The position numbers and the translations under genes were made by a program. A stretch of 64,000 bases of DNA from Anaeromyxobacter sp. (GTDB lineage: Bacteria > Myxococcota > Myxococcia > Myxococcales > Anaeromyxobacteraceae): positions 352,001-416,000 of the forward strand of contig JASGJN010000013.1 of the NCBI GenBank assembly GCA_049840735.1, written 5' to 3'. Below, in pieces: positions 23,415 through 34,066 of this stretch; the first letter of the stretch is position 1, and the number at the start of each line of letters is the position of its first letter. The notes under the pieces are model-generated. The model was not told the origin of the DNA. It was given only the letters and a program-made list of their open reading frames with translations, and made no database searches.

Positions 23415-24646
23415 GGCGCCACCTCCAGGCCCGCGGCGGCCGGGCCTGCCCCGGCCGGCGGCAGCTCACCGGCGCGGTCCAGCGCGCGCCGCAGCGCCCG
23501 GGGCGAGAGCAGCTCGCCCAGCACCGCGCCCGCCGCCGCGCAGGCCAGCACCGTCGCGCCCTCCGGCCCGGGGTAGCGGACCGCCAGCACCAGCCCCACG
23601 CACACGCCGAACGGGCCGGGCGTGGCCAGCGCCGGGGCCAGGGCCGCCCCGCCCCGCCGCGCCGCCGGCGACGCCCCCGCCAGCAGCAGCGCCGTGGCCA
23701 CGTTGCCGGCCACCAGCGCCGCCGCCGCCGCGAGGACCACCGCCGGCAGCCCGGCGGTGGCCTGCGGCTGCACCAGGGCTCCGGCGATGAGCAGGGCCGG
23801 CGCGATCACCGGCCGCTCCACCGTGTGGGCCAGCGCCCGCAGCGGCTCGCGCTGCGGCGCGGCGGCGGCCGCCACCAGCCCCAGCGCGAAGGCCGCCGGG
23901 ACCGGCGACACGCCGGCCCGGACCGCCACCCCCAGCGCCACCAGCGCCGTGCCCATCAGCACCGCCACCATCGCGTCCGGCCGCGCGTCGAAGCGGATCA
24001 GGAGCCCCGCGCCCAGCCCCAGCGCCGCGCCCAGCGCCAGCGGGGCGGCCCCGGCGCCCACCGCCCCCACGCGCTCCAGCACCAGCGGGGAGGCGTCGGC
24101 CGCCACCAGCCAGGCCAGCACCAGCACCGGCACCAAGTCGCCGGCGTCGGACAGGCCGTGGAGCAGCTCGGTGAGCGGGCCGCGCGCGCCGTGGCGGGCG
24201 ACGGCCCAGCGGATGGCGTTGCGGGTGGTGCCGGCCAGGGCCGCGCCCGCCCCCAGCGCCGTGATCCGCTGGCCCTGGGTCGCGAGGAAGCCGGTGCCCT
24301 GCTGCGCCGCCAGCACCGCGCCCACCGCCGCGGCCACCGCCGCGAGGGGGACCAGCGTCAGCAGCACCGCGCCGGCGACGCGGGCCGGCGGGATGCGCCG
24401 GCCGTCGACGAAGCCGTAGTCCAGGCCGATCACCAGCGCCACCCAGGCGCCGGCGGCGGCCCCCAGCGGCGCGAAGGCCCGGACCAGCTCGACCGGCACG
24501 GTGCCCAGCACGGCCGGGCCCAGCAGGAAGCCGACGGTGATCACGCCGGCGCCGGAGGCGAAGCCCACGTACCCCTGCTTGCGCCCCCGCGCGCCGCCCA
24601 TGGAGGCGGCCACCAGCAGCGCCAGCAGCACCCAGACCGTGGTCAC
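23411..24646 (-). CDS. CPA-like multi-pass membrane protein
   Basis: GFLLGPAVLG and many TM helices; GTG start overlaps upstream stop. Confidence 0.7.
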   Translation of the reverse strand: MTTVWVLLALLVAASMGGARGRKQGYVGFASGAGVITVGFLLGPAVLGTVPVELVRAFAPLGAAAGAWVALVIGLDYGFVDGRRIPPARVAGAVLLTLVPLAAVAAAVGAVLAAQQGTGFLATQGQRITALGAGAALAGTTRNAIRWAVARHGARGPLTELLHGLSDAGDLVPVLVLAWLVAADASPLVLERVGAVGAGAAPLALGAALGLGAGLLIRFDARPDAMVAVLMGTALVALGVAVRAGVSPVPAAFALGLVAAAAAPQREPLRALAHTVERPVIAPALLIAGALVQPQATAGLPAVVLAAAAALVAGNVATALLLAGASPAARRGGAALAPALATPGPFGVCVGLVLAVRYPGPEGATVLACAAAGAVLGELLSPRALRRALDRAGELPPAGAGPAAAGLEVAP

Positions 24647-25880
24647 GGGCGCCGCCCCACGCGCGTCGGGTGGAGGAGCGTGAGCAGGTGCGGGACCCGC
24701 ACGACGCCGCCCTGCTCGTCCTGCAGCACCACCTCGCGCAGCGTCACCTCCAGCACCCGCCCGCGGCGGCCGCCCACCTCGACCTCGGCCCCGGGGTGGA
24801 GCGCGCCGCCGTACACCGCCAGCACGCCCAGCAGCACGGTGGCGGCGATGGGGGTGAGCCCCAGCCCCAGCGCGATGAGGACCGTCCAGCCCAGCCCGCC
24901 CAGCCCCCGCTCGCCGGTGCCCAGCACCCCCGGCGCCAGCAGGAGCCCCAGCACCACCAGGCCCGCCCGCACCAGCACGCCGGAGGGGCGGGCGCGCTCG
25001 TGCCGAGAACCAGCTGGAGGAGGCCTGGCTCGTGGCCAGCGCCTCGAACCAGCGGCGGGTGGCGCGCAGCAGCCCCGCCACCACCGCGATCAGCACCGCG
25101 GCCGCCAGCAGCTGCGGCACCAGCCGGCCGGCCTCGGCCGCCAGGGCCGCCGCCGGAATCGAGCAGGGCGCTGGTGAGGCGGCCCACCAGCGGGCGCGTC
25201 CGCTCGAAGAGCGAGGCCGCGAACAGCAGCCAGGCGTAGCCCACGGCGAGCACCGCGCCGAAGCGGAGGATGCGCAGCGCCAGCGGGACCACCCCGCGCA
25301 GGAAGGCCGCGCTCGCCACCTCCACGCCGCCCAGCGTCAGCGACCCGAGCGTCAGCTCCCCGGCCTCGACCCGCTCGGCCAGCGCGCCGCCCACCGCCCC
25401 CAGGCGGCGGACCAGCAGCACCGCGATCAGCCCGGAGAAGACCAGCATCGACCAGGCGAAGACCGCCTCCTGCGCCGCCCGCCGCCAGCCCTCGGCGCGG
25501 ACCGCGCGCTCGGCCGCGGGCAGCACGGCGGCGGCCAGCGCCGCGGCGTCGGGCTGGCCGGCCGCGGTCGCGTCCTCCGGCCCCAGCACCAGCACGCGCC
25601 GCGCGCCCAGCCGCAGCTCCACGCGATCGCCGGCCGGCGCGGCGGTGAGCGCCTGGTCCCCCGCGGCCACGCCGGCGGCCAGGGCCTGGCTGGCCTCGCG
25701 GGCGCGGATCGCGGCGCCCTGCCCGTCGAGGGGGGCCACGAGGTCGACCACCGGCGTGTCCCCGAGCAGGACCCGGCCGGCGGGCGCGGGGGCGGGGCCG
25801 GCGGCCAGCGCCGGCGCGGCCACCAGCAGCGCCAGCGCCGCGAGCAGTGGCGGGGCGAGGGGGCGGGAGTGGGTGCGCAC
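24643..25880 (-). CDS. MscS-family channel with truncated C-terminus (frameshifts near 25157 and 25000)
   Basis: Signal peptide, periplasmic domain, TMs, then GAEVEVGGRRGRVLEVTLREVVL...VRVPH across three frames. Confidence 0.75.
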
Positions 25881-25888
25881 GCCCGATT

Positions 25889-27541
25889 CTACCGGCTGGC
25901 CCGCCGGCCCGTCGAGACGGGATCGCCGCCGGACGGATCCCACTGTCCGGGCGGTACGTACACCTTGCCGTCCGGCTGCATCATGAAGTGCGGGGACATG
26001 ATTCGCACCCCGGCCTGGTTGAACGCGTCCTGGATGGCGGCGTGCAAATCCGAGAGCACCTGCAGCCGCTGGTCGCACGCCTCGAGGTTCACCAGCAGCT
26101 GGTACTCCACGTAGAAGTCGGAGAGCGCGCGCTGCAGCACCCGCGGCGCCGGCTGGGCGCGCAGGCCGGGGGTGGCCGCGGCCGCGCCGGTGAGCAGGGC
26201 GTGGACCTGCCGCCAGGGCGCGTCGTAGCCGATGGTGACGGTGGTGCTCGCCACGGCGCCCTCGGCGCCGGAGAGGCGCGAGTAGTTGGTGACCGAGGCC
26301 GCCACCAGCACGGCGTTGGGGACGGTCACCTCCTCCAGCCGGAGGTTCGCGACCTTGGTGGAGAGGACGCCGACGTGCGTGACCGTGCCCTCCACCTCGC
26401 CCACGCGGACGTAGTCGCCGGGGCGGAGCGCGCGGGAGTAGACCAGCACCAGGCCGCTCATGAGCTGGTTCACGATGTTGGAGGAGCCGAGCGTGAACAT
26501 GATGCCGACGAAGACGCTCACGCCCTTGAAGACGCCGGTCTCCGAGCCCGGGATGTACGGGTAGGCCACCACCGCGCCGAAGACCCAGATCACGCCCAGC
26601 ACGATGCGGCGGGTGGCGCGGGCGGTCTCGCGCTCCAGCCAGCCGATCTGGATCCGGCCGGTCTCGACCCGCTCGAACAGGCCGCTGGCGGCGGAGGCCA
26701 CGGCGCGGGTCAGCGCCAGGATCACGCCCACTGCGAACAGCCCCGGGATGGCGCCCAGCGCGCCGGAGAGCAGGCCGCTGGCCAGGCCGGCCAGGTAGCT
26801 GCCCAGCCCATCCGCCCAGGGGCGGGTGTACTCGAAGCGCCCCAGCACCGCGGTGAGCCAGGCGTAGCCGAACGCCACCGCCACCAGGAGCGCCGCGGCC
26901 TTGATCAGCGTCTGCGCCAGCGCCGTCAGCAGGGGGGCCAGGTCCACGCCGAACAGCTGGACGCGCCAGGGCAGCCCCTCCGACGCCTGCACGCGGCGCA
27001 GCACCGCCCGGCGCCCCCGCACCAGCAGCCAGAGCACCAGCGCGAAGGCCAGCGTCTCCAGGAGCCCCACGCCGGCCTCGCGGAGCAGCGTGGGCAGGTG
27101 GCGCTCCTCGTCGCGCGCCTGCAGCGCCGCCCCCAGCCGGCGCGCCGCGTCCCGGGCCGCCGGCTCCAGCCCGCCCGACTCGGGCGGCAGGTCGGCCTCG
27201 AAGAGCGCGAAGGCGATCAGGCCGCCGGCCGAGATCACCGCCGCGCGCCGGCCGGCCAGCTCGGCCACGTCGAAGTGGACCTCGGCGGCGGCCGCCTCCG
27301 GCAGCTCGCCGATGCGCCCCTCGGCGCGCCGGGCCCGCTCCTCCGGCGTGGCCCCGGCCACGGTGGCGCGCAGCTCGGCCACCGGCTGGTTCCAGACCCG
27401 GATCACCGCCGGCGGCGCCCCCGGCGTGGCGCGCGGCGGCTCGCTGGCGCCCTCGTCGGCGCGCGCCGGGCCGGCGGCCAGGGCCAGGGCCAGCAGCGGG
27501 AGCAGCGCGAGGCGGCGGGCGGCGGCGGGGGCGTGGGGCAT
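25889..27541 (-). CDS. MscS-family mechanosensitive channel
   Basis: NQLMSGLVLVYSRALRPGDYVRVGEVEGTV, VTVPNA, IQDAFNQAGVRIMSPH. Confidence 0.92.
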   Translation of the reverse strand: MPHAPAAARRLALLPLLALALAAGPARADEGASEPPRATPGAPPAVIRVWNQPVAELRATVAGATPEERARRAEGRIGELPEAAAAEVHFDVAELAGRRAAVISAGGLIAFALFEADLPPESGGLEPAARDAARRLGAALQARDEERHLPTLLREAGVGLLETLAFALVLWLLVRGRRAVLRRVQASEGLPWRVQLFGVDLAPLLTALAQTLIKAAALLVAVAFGYAWLTAVLGRFEYTRPWADGLGSYLAGLASGLLSGALGAIPGLFAVGVILALTRAVASAASGLFERVETGRIQIGWLERETARATRRIVLGVIWVFGAVVAYPYIPGSETGVFKGVSVFVGIMFTLGSSNIVNQLMSGLVLVYSRALRPGDYVRVGEVEGTVTHVGVLSTKVANLRLEEVTVPNAVLVAASVTNYSRLSGAEGAVASTTVTIGYDAPWRQVHALLTGAAAATPGLRAQPAPRVLQRALSDFYVEYQLLVNLEACDQRLQVLSDLHAAIQDAFNQAGVRIMSPHFMMQPDGKVYVPPGQWDPSGGDPVSTGRRASR

Positions 27542-27656
27542 GGCGGTTCCGCGCGACGACGGGGGACGGCCGGGGCGAACGGCGGGCGCACCGGGAGTGT
27601 CCAGTGGTATGTAGGCGCATCGCTGCGAGGCTGTCCATACGCCCGAGGTCCACCGC

Positions 27657-28469
27657 ATGAGCGCCCCCCGCCAGGCCCCCGCCGTCCCCCTGCTGCCGCA
27701 CGGAGACGCGCCGCGCCGCCGGCTCCGGCGCGTCTTCCTGGACGGCTTCCTGGCCCTGGACGTGGCCGAGCCGCTGGCCTCGTTCGACGCCGAGCGCCCC
27801 GCCGCCGAGGTGCGGGCCCTCCTGCAGGCGCGCGGGCAGGAACGCGTGGGCGTCCGGGTGGAGGGGCGGGTGCGCGGGTGGGCGGCCCGGGCCGAGCTGC
27901 GCGACGGCCCGCTGGGCGCGCACCTCCACCCGTTCGGCCCGGACGACCTCGTGCCCGAGGGCGCCTCGCTGCAGGAGGTGATCGCCTCGCTGGCCGTGAA
28001 CGAGCGCTGCTTCGTGACCGTGCTGGGCGAGGTGGCGGCGGTGGTCACGCTGCAGGACCTGGAGAAGCCGCCGGTGCGCATGTTCCTGTTCGGCATGATC
28101 ACCGTGCTGGAGATGTCGCTGACCGGCCTTCTGGAGAGCGCCTTCCCCCAGGACGGGTGGACGCGGGTGATCTCGCCGGGGCGGCTGGCCAAGGCGCGCG
28201 CGCTGCAGGAGGAGCGGCAGCGGCGGGGCGCGCCGGCGCGGCTGGTGGACTGCCTGCAGTTCTCGGACAAGGGGCAGCTGGCGCTCAAGGCCACCGGGTC
28301 GAAGCTGGAGGCCTCGCTGGGCATGTCGCGCCGCGGCCTGGAGCGCGCGCTCAAGGAGCTGGAGGAGCTGCGCAACAACCTGGCCCACGGGCAGCAGATC
28401 ATCCCGCAGGGCTGGTCGCGCATCGCGGTCTTCACCAGCCGGCTGGAGCAGCTCCTGACCGGGCTGTGA
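27657..28469 (+). CDS. putative CBS-pair + Swt1-like HEPN protein
   Basis: Two degenerate CBS-like repeats, then ITVLEMSL, LVDCLQFSD and LRNNLAH (R-x4-H). Confidence 0.7.
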   Translation: MSAPRQAPAVPLLPHGDAPRRRLRRVFLDGFLALDVAEPLASFDAERPAAEVRALLQARGQERVGVRVEGRVRGWAARAELRDGPLGAHLHPFGPDDLVPEGASLQEVIASLAVNERCFVTVLGEVAAVVTLQDLEKPPVRMFLFGMITVLEMSLTGLLESAFPQDGWTRVISPGRLAKARALQEERQRRGAPARLVDCLQFSDKGQLALKATGSKLEASLGMSRRGLERALKELEELRNNLAHGQQIIPQGWSRIAVFTSRLEQLLTGL

Positions 28470-28478
28470 AGGCGGCGG

Positions 28479-29948
28479 CTACTGCACGGCGGAGAGCGTC
28501 AGCGGCACGGTGACGTCGATGGCCTCACCCTGGAAGGCGGGGAACACCAGCCGGCGGCCGGCGTTCCGGACGCAGCGGCCCAGCGTGGTCCGCTCGCGCT
28601 CGGCCTCGTCCAGGCGGGCGGCGGAGACGGTCCCGTCGGGCCGCACCGTGAGCAGCAGCGTCACCCGCTCCTCGGCGCCGGCGGTGCCCGCGCGGGCGAT
28701 GCAGGCGGAGAAGGCGCCGCGGTTCTCGTCGATGACGCGCGCCACCGCGGCCGGGTCCAGCGCCGCGCCGCCGCTGTCCAGGTCGAGGCGCTCGACCTGG
28801 GTGGCCGGCGCGGTCTCGTCTCCCTTGGCGGCCAGCAGGTCGAGCATGCGGCGATCGCGGGCGGCCAGGCGCCGCTGGGCCGGCCGGTCGGTGGCGCGCG
28901 CCGGGCGGGCCGGCGCGGCCGGCGGCTCCGCCACGGCCACCTGGGTCGGCTCGGGGACCGCCTCCGCCGGCGCGAGCTCGGCCGGCGCCGGCTCGGGCTC
29001 GGGCGCGGGAGGCGGCGGGGCCGGGGGCGGCGGCTTCGGCGCGGGCCGGGGCGCGACGGCCACCGGCGGCGGCGGGACCGGGCGCAGCCACCAGCCCAGC
29101 CCGCCCATCGCGCACAGCAGCAGCACGGCCGCGGCGGCCAGCAGCGGCGCGAGCCGGCGGCGGCGCCCCTTCTTCGCGGCCTGGTCCGCGGCGACGGTGG
29201 CCGCCGCCTCGACCGCCGCGGCCCCGTCGGCCGCCCAGGCCTCCAGCGCGTCGGGCGCGCCGGGCTCCGGAGGGAGCGGGGGCTCGGGGGCGAAGGCGTC
29301 GGCCTCCGCCGCGAGCGGTGCCGCGGCAGGCGGCGGGGGAGCGGGAGGCGGAGGCGCCACCGCGACGGGCGGTGGAGGGGGTGGAGGAGGCGCGACCGCG
29401 ACCGGCGGTGGAGCCGGGGGCGGAGGCGGGTCGAACAGGTCGGGCAGCTCCACGTCGACCGACGGAAGCGTGGGCTCCGGAGCGGGCGGAGGCGGGGCCG
29501 CGACGACCTCGGGCGGAGGCGGAAGCGGCGCAGGCTGCTCCGGGTGCTCCGCCAGCCAGGCCATCTCCGCGTCGGTCATGCCGTGCTTCGGAGCGGGCGT
29601 GGGAGCGAACGGGACGTGCCGCTGCGGGAGCGGAACGGGGGCCGAACCGGAACCGGATGCGGGACGGGAACCGGACGCGGACCCGGCCCCGGATGCGGAC
29701 CCGGTCGCGGCCCCCGGCACAGGCCCCGTGGCCAGCTCCGTGGTCGTCGGCGCGGTGATCGCACTCGCGGTGGGCGGCACGGGGGGCGGCGCCGCGGGCC
29801 GCACCGGCGCCGCCGTGGCGGCGGGGGCCCCCGGCCGCACCACGATGAGCTGGCCGCAGCCGCGGCACGCGACCTTGAACGCCCGGCCCTGGACCTTCTC
29901 GTCCGGGACCGAGTAGCGTCGGCCGCAGCGCTCGCAGGAGAAGTTCAC
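28479..29948 (-). CDS. zinc-ribbon / Pro-rich / TM / AgmX-PglI-like C-terminal domain protein
   Basis: CERCGRRYSVPDEK..CRGC; TM; C-terminal FSACI...LGRCV...LVFPAFQG. Confidence 0.8.
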   Translation of the reverse strand: MNFSCERCGRRYSVPDEKVQGRAFKVACRGCGQLIVVRPGAPAATAAPVRPAAPPPVPPTASAITAPTTTELATGPVPGAATGSASGAGSASGSRPASGSGSAPVPLPQRHVPFAPTPAPKHGMTDAEMAWLAEHPEQPAPLPPPPEVVAAPPPPAPEPTLPSVDVELPDLFDPPPPPAPPPVAVAPPPPPPPPVAVAPPPPAPPPPAAAPLAAEADAFAPEPPLPPEPGAPDALEAWAADGAAAVEAAATVAADQAAKKGRRRRLAPLLAAAAVLLLCAMGGLGWWLRPVPPPPVAVAPRPAPKPPPPAPPPPAPEPEPAPAELAPAEAVPEPTQVAVAEPPAAPARPARATDRPAQRRLAARDRRMLDLLAAKGDETAPATQVERLDLDSGGAALDPAAVARVIDENRGAFSACIARAGTAGAEERVTLLLTVRPDGTVSAARLDEAERERTTLGRCVRNAGRRLVFPAFQGEAIDVTVPLTLSAVQ

Positions 29949-30041
29949 GTGGCCGAAGATCCTACGGGTTCACGGCCAAGGGACGCAAATCCGCGGCGCG
30001 CCTCTTCCCCTACCCCGGGTGTGACCCGACCACCTCTGCGC

Positions 30042-32561
30042 CTAACGCCGCTCCGGGCCGCCGCCCGGGGGAAGCGGCGGAACGGCCTGGTTGCGCGGCG
30101 CGGCAGCTGGCGCGGCCCCGGCCTCCGCAGCCGGCGCAGGGCCGGCGATCAGGTGCAGGTCGCGCTGCGGGAACGGGATGGCGATGCCCTCGGCGGCCAG
30201 CCGCCGGCAGATCGCGGTCCGCAGCTCGCTCGCCACCTGCCCCCAGCCGTCCCACCGGCGGGTCCAGGCGCGCAGCTGGAAGGTGAGCGCGCTCTCCCCG
30301 AAGCCCGTGAAGAGCGCGGCCGGCGCGGGGTCGGCCAGCACGTCGGGGTGGGCCATGGCCAGCTCCAGCAGGAGCGCCACCACCCGGTCCGGATCCGTCC
30401 CGTACGCCACGCCCAGGTCGATCTCCATCCGGCGGGTCCGGTCGGAGAGGGTCCAGTTGACCAGGTGGCCGGAGATGAGGTCGGCGTTGGGCACCACCAC
30501 CTCGGCGCCCTGGAACGTGCCCAGCGTGCTGGAGCGGATGCCGATGCGCCGGACCACGCCGGAGAGCGCGCCGATCTCCACCACGTCGCCCACCTGCATG
30601 GGCCGCTCGTAGATGAGGATCAGCCCCGACACGAAGTTGTTCACCACGTTCTGCAGGCCGAAGCCGATGCCCACGCCCAGCGTACCGATCAGCACCGTGA
30701 AGCGGGTCATCTCCATGCCCGAGGCCATCAGCGCGAAGACCGCGCCCACGCCCACCACCGCGTACTGCGCGGTGCGCGAGACGGCCGCCGGGACGCCGCG
30801 CGGCAGCCCCCGCCCCTCCAGCCCTTCCTCCAGCACGAAGGCCACCAGGCGCGAGAGCAGCACCGCCGCCGCCAGCGTCACGCCGAAGCGGAGCAGGTCG
30901 CCCAGGGCCAGATCCAGCCCGCCCACCCGCAGGCGCCAGTCCAGCACGGCGCCCGCCGCCGCGGCGATGTGGCCGTCCACGTGGTAGGCGCGGGCCGTCA
31001 ACCAGAGCCAGGCCGCCACCGCCACCCAGCGGACCGCCACCCGCGTGCGATCCGCCAGCAGCTCCCCGTGGCGCGCCACCACCCCGACCCGGCGCGCGCC
31101 GGGCATCCGCAGCCCCCCGGCCGCCAGCGCCTGGAGCACCCGCTCCAGCCCGGCCAGGAGCACCGCGCCCGCGGACGAGACCAGCGTGCCGGAGGTGAGC
31201 AGCCGCGCCAGGTTCACGTTGCCGATCACGTTGGCCGCGACGGCCACGGCCAGCACCGCGGCCGTCCCCCACAGCGCCCAGACCGCCGGCCGGCGCCAGC
31301 CGGCGGACAGCTCGTCGGCCCAGACCGGGCGGTGGGTCGCCCGCCAGGCGGCCCCCAGCAGCAGGCCGTCCACCGCCAGCAGCACCAGCCGGCCCAGCAG
31401 CGAGTACTCCGGGGCCAGGCTGCCCAGCGCGTCGAGGGCGAACCCGATGGCCAGCGCGTGGACCCACCAGCGGGCGCGGACCGGCAGGAGCGCCCCCATG
31501 GCGCGCAGGAACGCGACCAGCATGCCCAGGAGCAGCAGCTCCCCGGCGATGAGCGGGGCGCGCGGGAGGGCGCGGAACGCCACCGCCAGGGTGATCAGCG
31601 CGGCGGCCGCGGCCGGGCGGGCCAGCACCTGCGCCGGCGCAGCCCAGACCGGCTCCGCCGCGGCCCCGGCCCCCAGCCGCCTCCCGATCCACCAGGCGGC
31701 CGCCGCCAGGGCGGCCAGCAGCGCCGCCAGCCCCACCAGCGCGGCGGCCTCGTCGCGCGCGAAGGCGGAGAGCGTGCCCCAGTGGAACTGGATCGAGCGC
31801 ACCGCCTGGTCGCGCAGGCTGGCGGGGCGGGCCGGCTGGAGCAGCAGCCGATGCAGCGGCACGCTCTCGATCTCGAACAGCTGCTCGGCCCGGGCCCGCT
31901 CCACCCGGTCGGCGCGGGCCAGCTCCCCGTCGATCTCCTGCCGCAGCGTGGCCACCCGGTCCTGCACCGCCAGCGAGGCGGCCCGCCGCTCCGCCGCCCG
32001 CCGGGCCACCGCCTCGAGCCGCTCGCGCAGCCCCACGGCGCGCGCCAGCAGCGGCGCCGGTGCGCCGGCGGCGCGCCCGGCCTCCTCGGTCAGGGTCCAG
32101 GTCCGCGCCTGCGCGGTCAGGGAGCTGGCGGCCCTGTCCAGCTCGCGCACCTCGGCGTCCAGCCGCTCGTCCCAGCCGGCCAGCTGGGCCTGGGTCCGGC
32201 GCAGGGTCTGCTTGACGTCGCCCAGCGTGCGCGCGTCCAGGTCGGCCAGCGGACCCGGCCCCTTCACCGCGCGGTCCACGTCCGCCTCGGCGGCGGGGAG
32301 CCGCTCCGCCACCGGCGCCGCCACGCCGGCTTCCTCCAGCCGGGCCTCGGCGCGCTGCACGCCGCGGTAGGCCTCGTCCGCCGCGTGGATCAGGCCGGTG
32401 AGCGGGATGGCGGCAGGGACGGGCGGGGGCGGCTCGGCCGGGCCGAGGGTCACCGGCGGGCTGGCGGTCCCCCCGGCCGCGGCGGCCGCGCCGGGCAGCG
32501 CCAGCGCCAGGGCGAGCGCGAGCGGCGCCAGGGCGCGGGTGGACGGGGAGCGGAGGGCCAC
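30042..32561 (-). CDS. large MscS/MscK-like channel
   Basis: Signal peptide, coiled coil, many TMs, GIGFGLQNVVNNFVSGLILIYERPMQVGD, IPFPQRDLH. Confidence 0.9.
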   Translation of the reverse strand: MALRSPSTRALAPLALALALALPGAAAAAGGTASPPVTLGPAEPPPPVPAAIPLTGLIHAADEAYRGVQRAEARLEEAGVAAPVAERLPAAEADVDRAVKGPGPLADLDARTLGDVKQTLRRTQAQLAGWDERLDAEVRELDRAASSLTAQARTWTLTEEAGRAAGAPAPLLARAVGLRERLEAVARRAAERRAASLAVQDRVATLRQEIDGELARADRVERARAEQLFEIESVPLHRLLLQPARPASLRDQAVRSIQFHWGTLSAFARDEAAALVGLAALLAALAAAAWWIGRRLGAGAAAEPVWAAPAQVLARPAAAAALITLAVAFRALPRAPLIAGELLLLGMLVAFLRAMGALLPVRARWWVHALAIGFALDALGSLAPEYSLLGRLVLLAVDGLLLGAAWRATHRPVWADELSAGWRRPAVWALWGTAAVLAVAVAANVIGNVNLARLLTSGTLVSSAGAVLLAGLERVLQALAAGGLRMPGARRVGVVARHGELLADRTRVAVRWVAVAAWLWLTARAYHVDGHIAAAAGAVLDWRLRVGGLDLALGDLLRFGVTLAAAVLLSRLVAFVLEEGLEGRGLPRGVPAAVSRTAQYAVVGVGAVFALMASGMEMTRFTVLIGTLGVGIGFGLQNVVNNFVSGLILIYERPMQVGDVVEIGALSGVVRRIGIRSSTLGTFQGAEVVVPNADLISGHLVNWTLSDRTRRMEIDLGVAYGTDPDRVVALLLELAMAHPDVLADPAPAALFTGFGESALTFQLRAWTRRWDGWGQVASELRTAICRRLAAEGIAIPFPQRDLHLIAGPAPAAEAGAAPAAAPRNQAVPPLPPGGGPERR

Positions 32562-32593
32562 GGAACGGCTCCGGGTGCGAGGACCCGGCGAGC

Positions 32594-33460
32594 CTATCCC
32601 CTCTTGCCCGCGCCGCCCAGCGAGAGCGCCACCAGCTCCTCCGGCGCGCAGGCGTCCTCGTCCTCCGCGTCCAGCCAGGGGTCCTGGCCGGTCGCCTCGG
32701 CGAGCTGCCGCTGCAGCCCGAGGTCGAGCAGGTGCGAGGGCACCACCTTGCCCAGCGCGTGGAGCAGGTTCCCCTTCACGGAGGGGTGCTCGGCGGTCAG
32801 CTCCGCCAGCAGCCGCTTCACCCGCTTGCGCCGCAGGTTGGGCTGCGAGCCGCACAGGTCGCAGGGGATGATGGGGAACCGCACCGCCTCGGCGAAGGCG
32901 GCGATGTCCTCCTCGGCGGCGTAGCAGAGCGGCCGGATCACCACGTTGCGCCCGTCCTGCGAGCGGAGCCTGGGCGGCATGCTCTTGATGGCGCCGGAGT
33001 AGAGCGCGCTGAGCAAGAGCGTCTCGATGAGGTCGTCGCGGTGGTGGCCCAGGGCGATCTTGGTGCACCCCAGCTCCACCGCCGCGTTGTAGAGCACGCC
33101 CCGGCGCAGCCGCGAGCAGACCGGGCAGGTGGTCTTCCCCTCCGGCACCAGCCGCTTCACGACCGAGTACGTGTCGCGCTGGAGCATGCGGTACTCGACG
33201 CCCACCGACCTGAGGTGCCCCTCCACGACGTGCGCCGGGTAGTCCGGCTGCCCCTGGTCCAGGTTGACGGCCACCAGGTCGAAGTCCACCGGGGCCCGCT
33301 CGCGCAGGCGCATCAGGACGTGGAGGAGGGTGTAGCTGTCCTTGCCGCCGGAGACGGCCACCATGATGCGGTCGCCGTGGCCGATGAGGTCGAAGTCCTG
33401 GATGGCCTGCGAGGCGGCCTTCAGCAGCCGCTTCTCCAGGCGGAGGGTGGTGTCCAGCAT
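32594..33460 (-). CDS. ttcA: tRNA 2-thiocytidine(32) synthetase
   Basis: SGGKDS PP-loop, [26 protein letters not shown]. Confidence 0.95.
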   Translation of the reverse strand: MLDTTLRLEKRLLKAASQAIQDFDLIGHGDRIMVAVSGGKDSYTLLHVLMRLRERAPVDFDLVAVNLDQGQPDYPAHVVEGHLRSVGVEYRMLQRDTYSVVKRLVPEGKTTCPVCSRLRRGVLYNAAVELGCTKIALGHHRDDLIETLLLSALYSGAIKSMPPRLRSQDGRNVVIRPLCYAAEEDIAAFAEAVRFPIIPCDLCGSQPNLRRKRVKRLLAELTAEHPSVKGNLLHALGKVVPSHLLDLGLQRQLAEATGQDPWLDAEDEDACAPEELVALSLGGAGKRG

Positions 33461-33618
33461 GTCGCTTTCCGGGTCCGGTCCGGCGGCACCGCCGGGGAGG
33501 CGCGAATACTAAGGGGCCCGGCGCCCCCGGTCGAGCGGGGGGGGACCGATTTCCCTTTGACGGCCGCGTGGCCGCTGCGATAAAGGCCCCGACCTTCCGA
33601 ACGGACGGGACAGAGACG

Positions 33619-33882
33619 ATGCCAGTGAAGGATCTCGGCGCCAAGCACACGTGCTTCAAGTGCTCCACGAAGTTCTACGACCTCAAGAAGCCGGCCGCGA
33701 TTTGCCCGAAATGCGGGGCTGATCAGCGCGAGAGCCCAGCGCTCAAGCCCGCCGAGAAGCGGGCTCGCCCGGCCCCTCGCCCGGTGCAGCCCGAGGTCGA
33801 GGAGGTCGAGCTCGACACCGAGCTCGATGACGACGAGGACGACGATGATGACGACGACGACGACGCGGGTGGCGACGAGTAG
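33619..33882 (+). CDS. FYDLN-acid (TIGR02300-like) zinc-ribbon protein
   Basis: [24 protein letters not shown] plus poly-Asp/Glu tail. Confidence 0.88.
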   Translation: MPVKDLGAKHTCFKCSTKFYDLKKPAAICPKCGADQRESPALKPAEKRARPAPRPVQPEVEEVELDTELDDDEDDDDDDDDDAGGDE

Positions 33883-34066
33883 AAGTCGCCCCTGGGCTGT
33901 GCGGAGCCCCCCAAAGCGACGTTGACCCCCGAGCAGGCACTGCCTATCTCGGCTGCTGCCCATGCTCGACCTGCATCGGCGGCCACAGCGCCGCACCGCC
34001 CGCACCCCCAATGCGGGCAGTTTGCCACCGTCGTGATCGGACTGCCCTGGTCCCGGCGGGGGTCGC

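Noticed and set aside
29280..29710. GC-rich short tandem repeats
   Set aside because: Encode Pro-rich and Gly/Ser linkers of the AgmX-like protein; no independent element evident
33826..33864. (GAC/GAT)n microsatellite
   Set aside because: Simply encodes the acidic tail of the FYDLN protein
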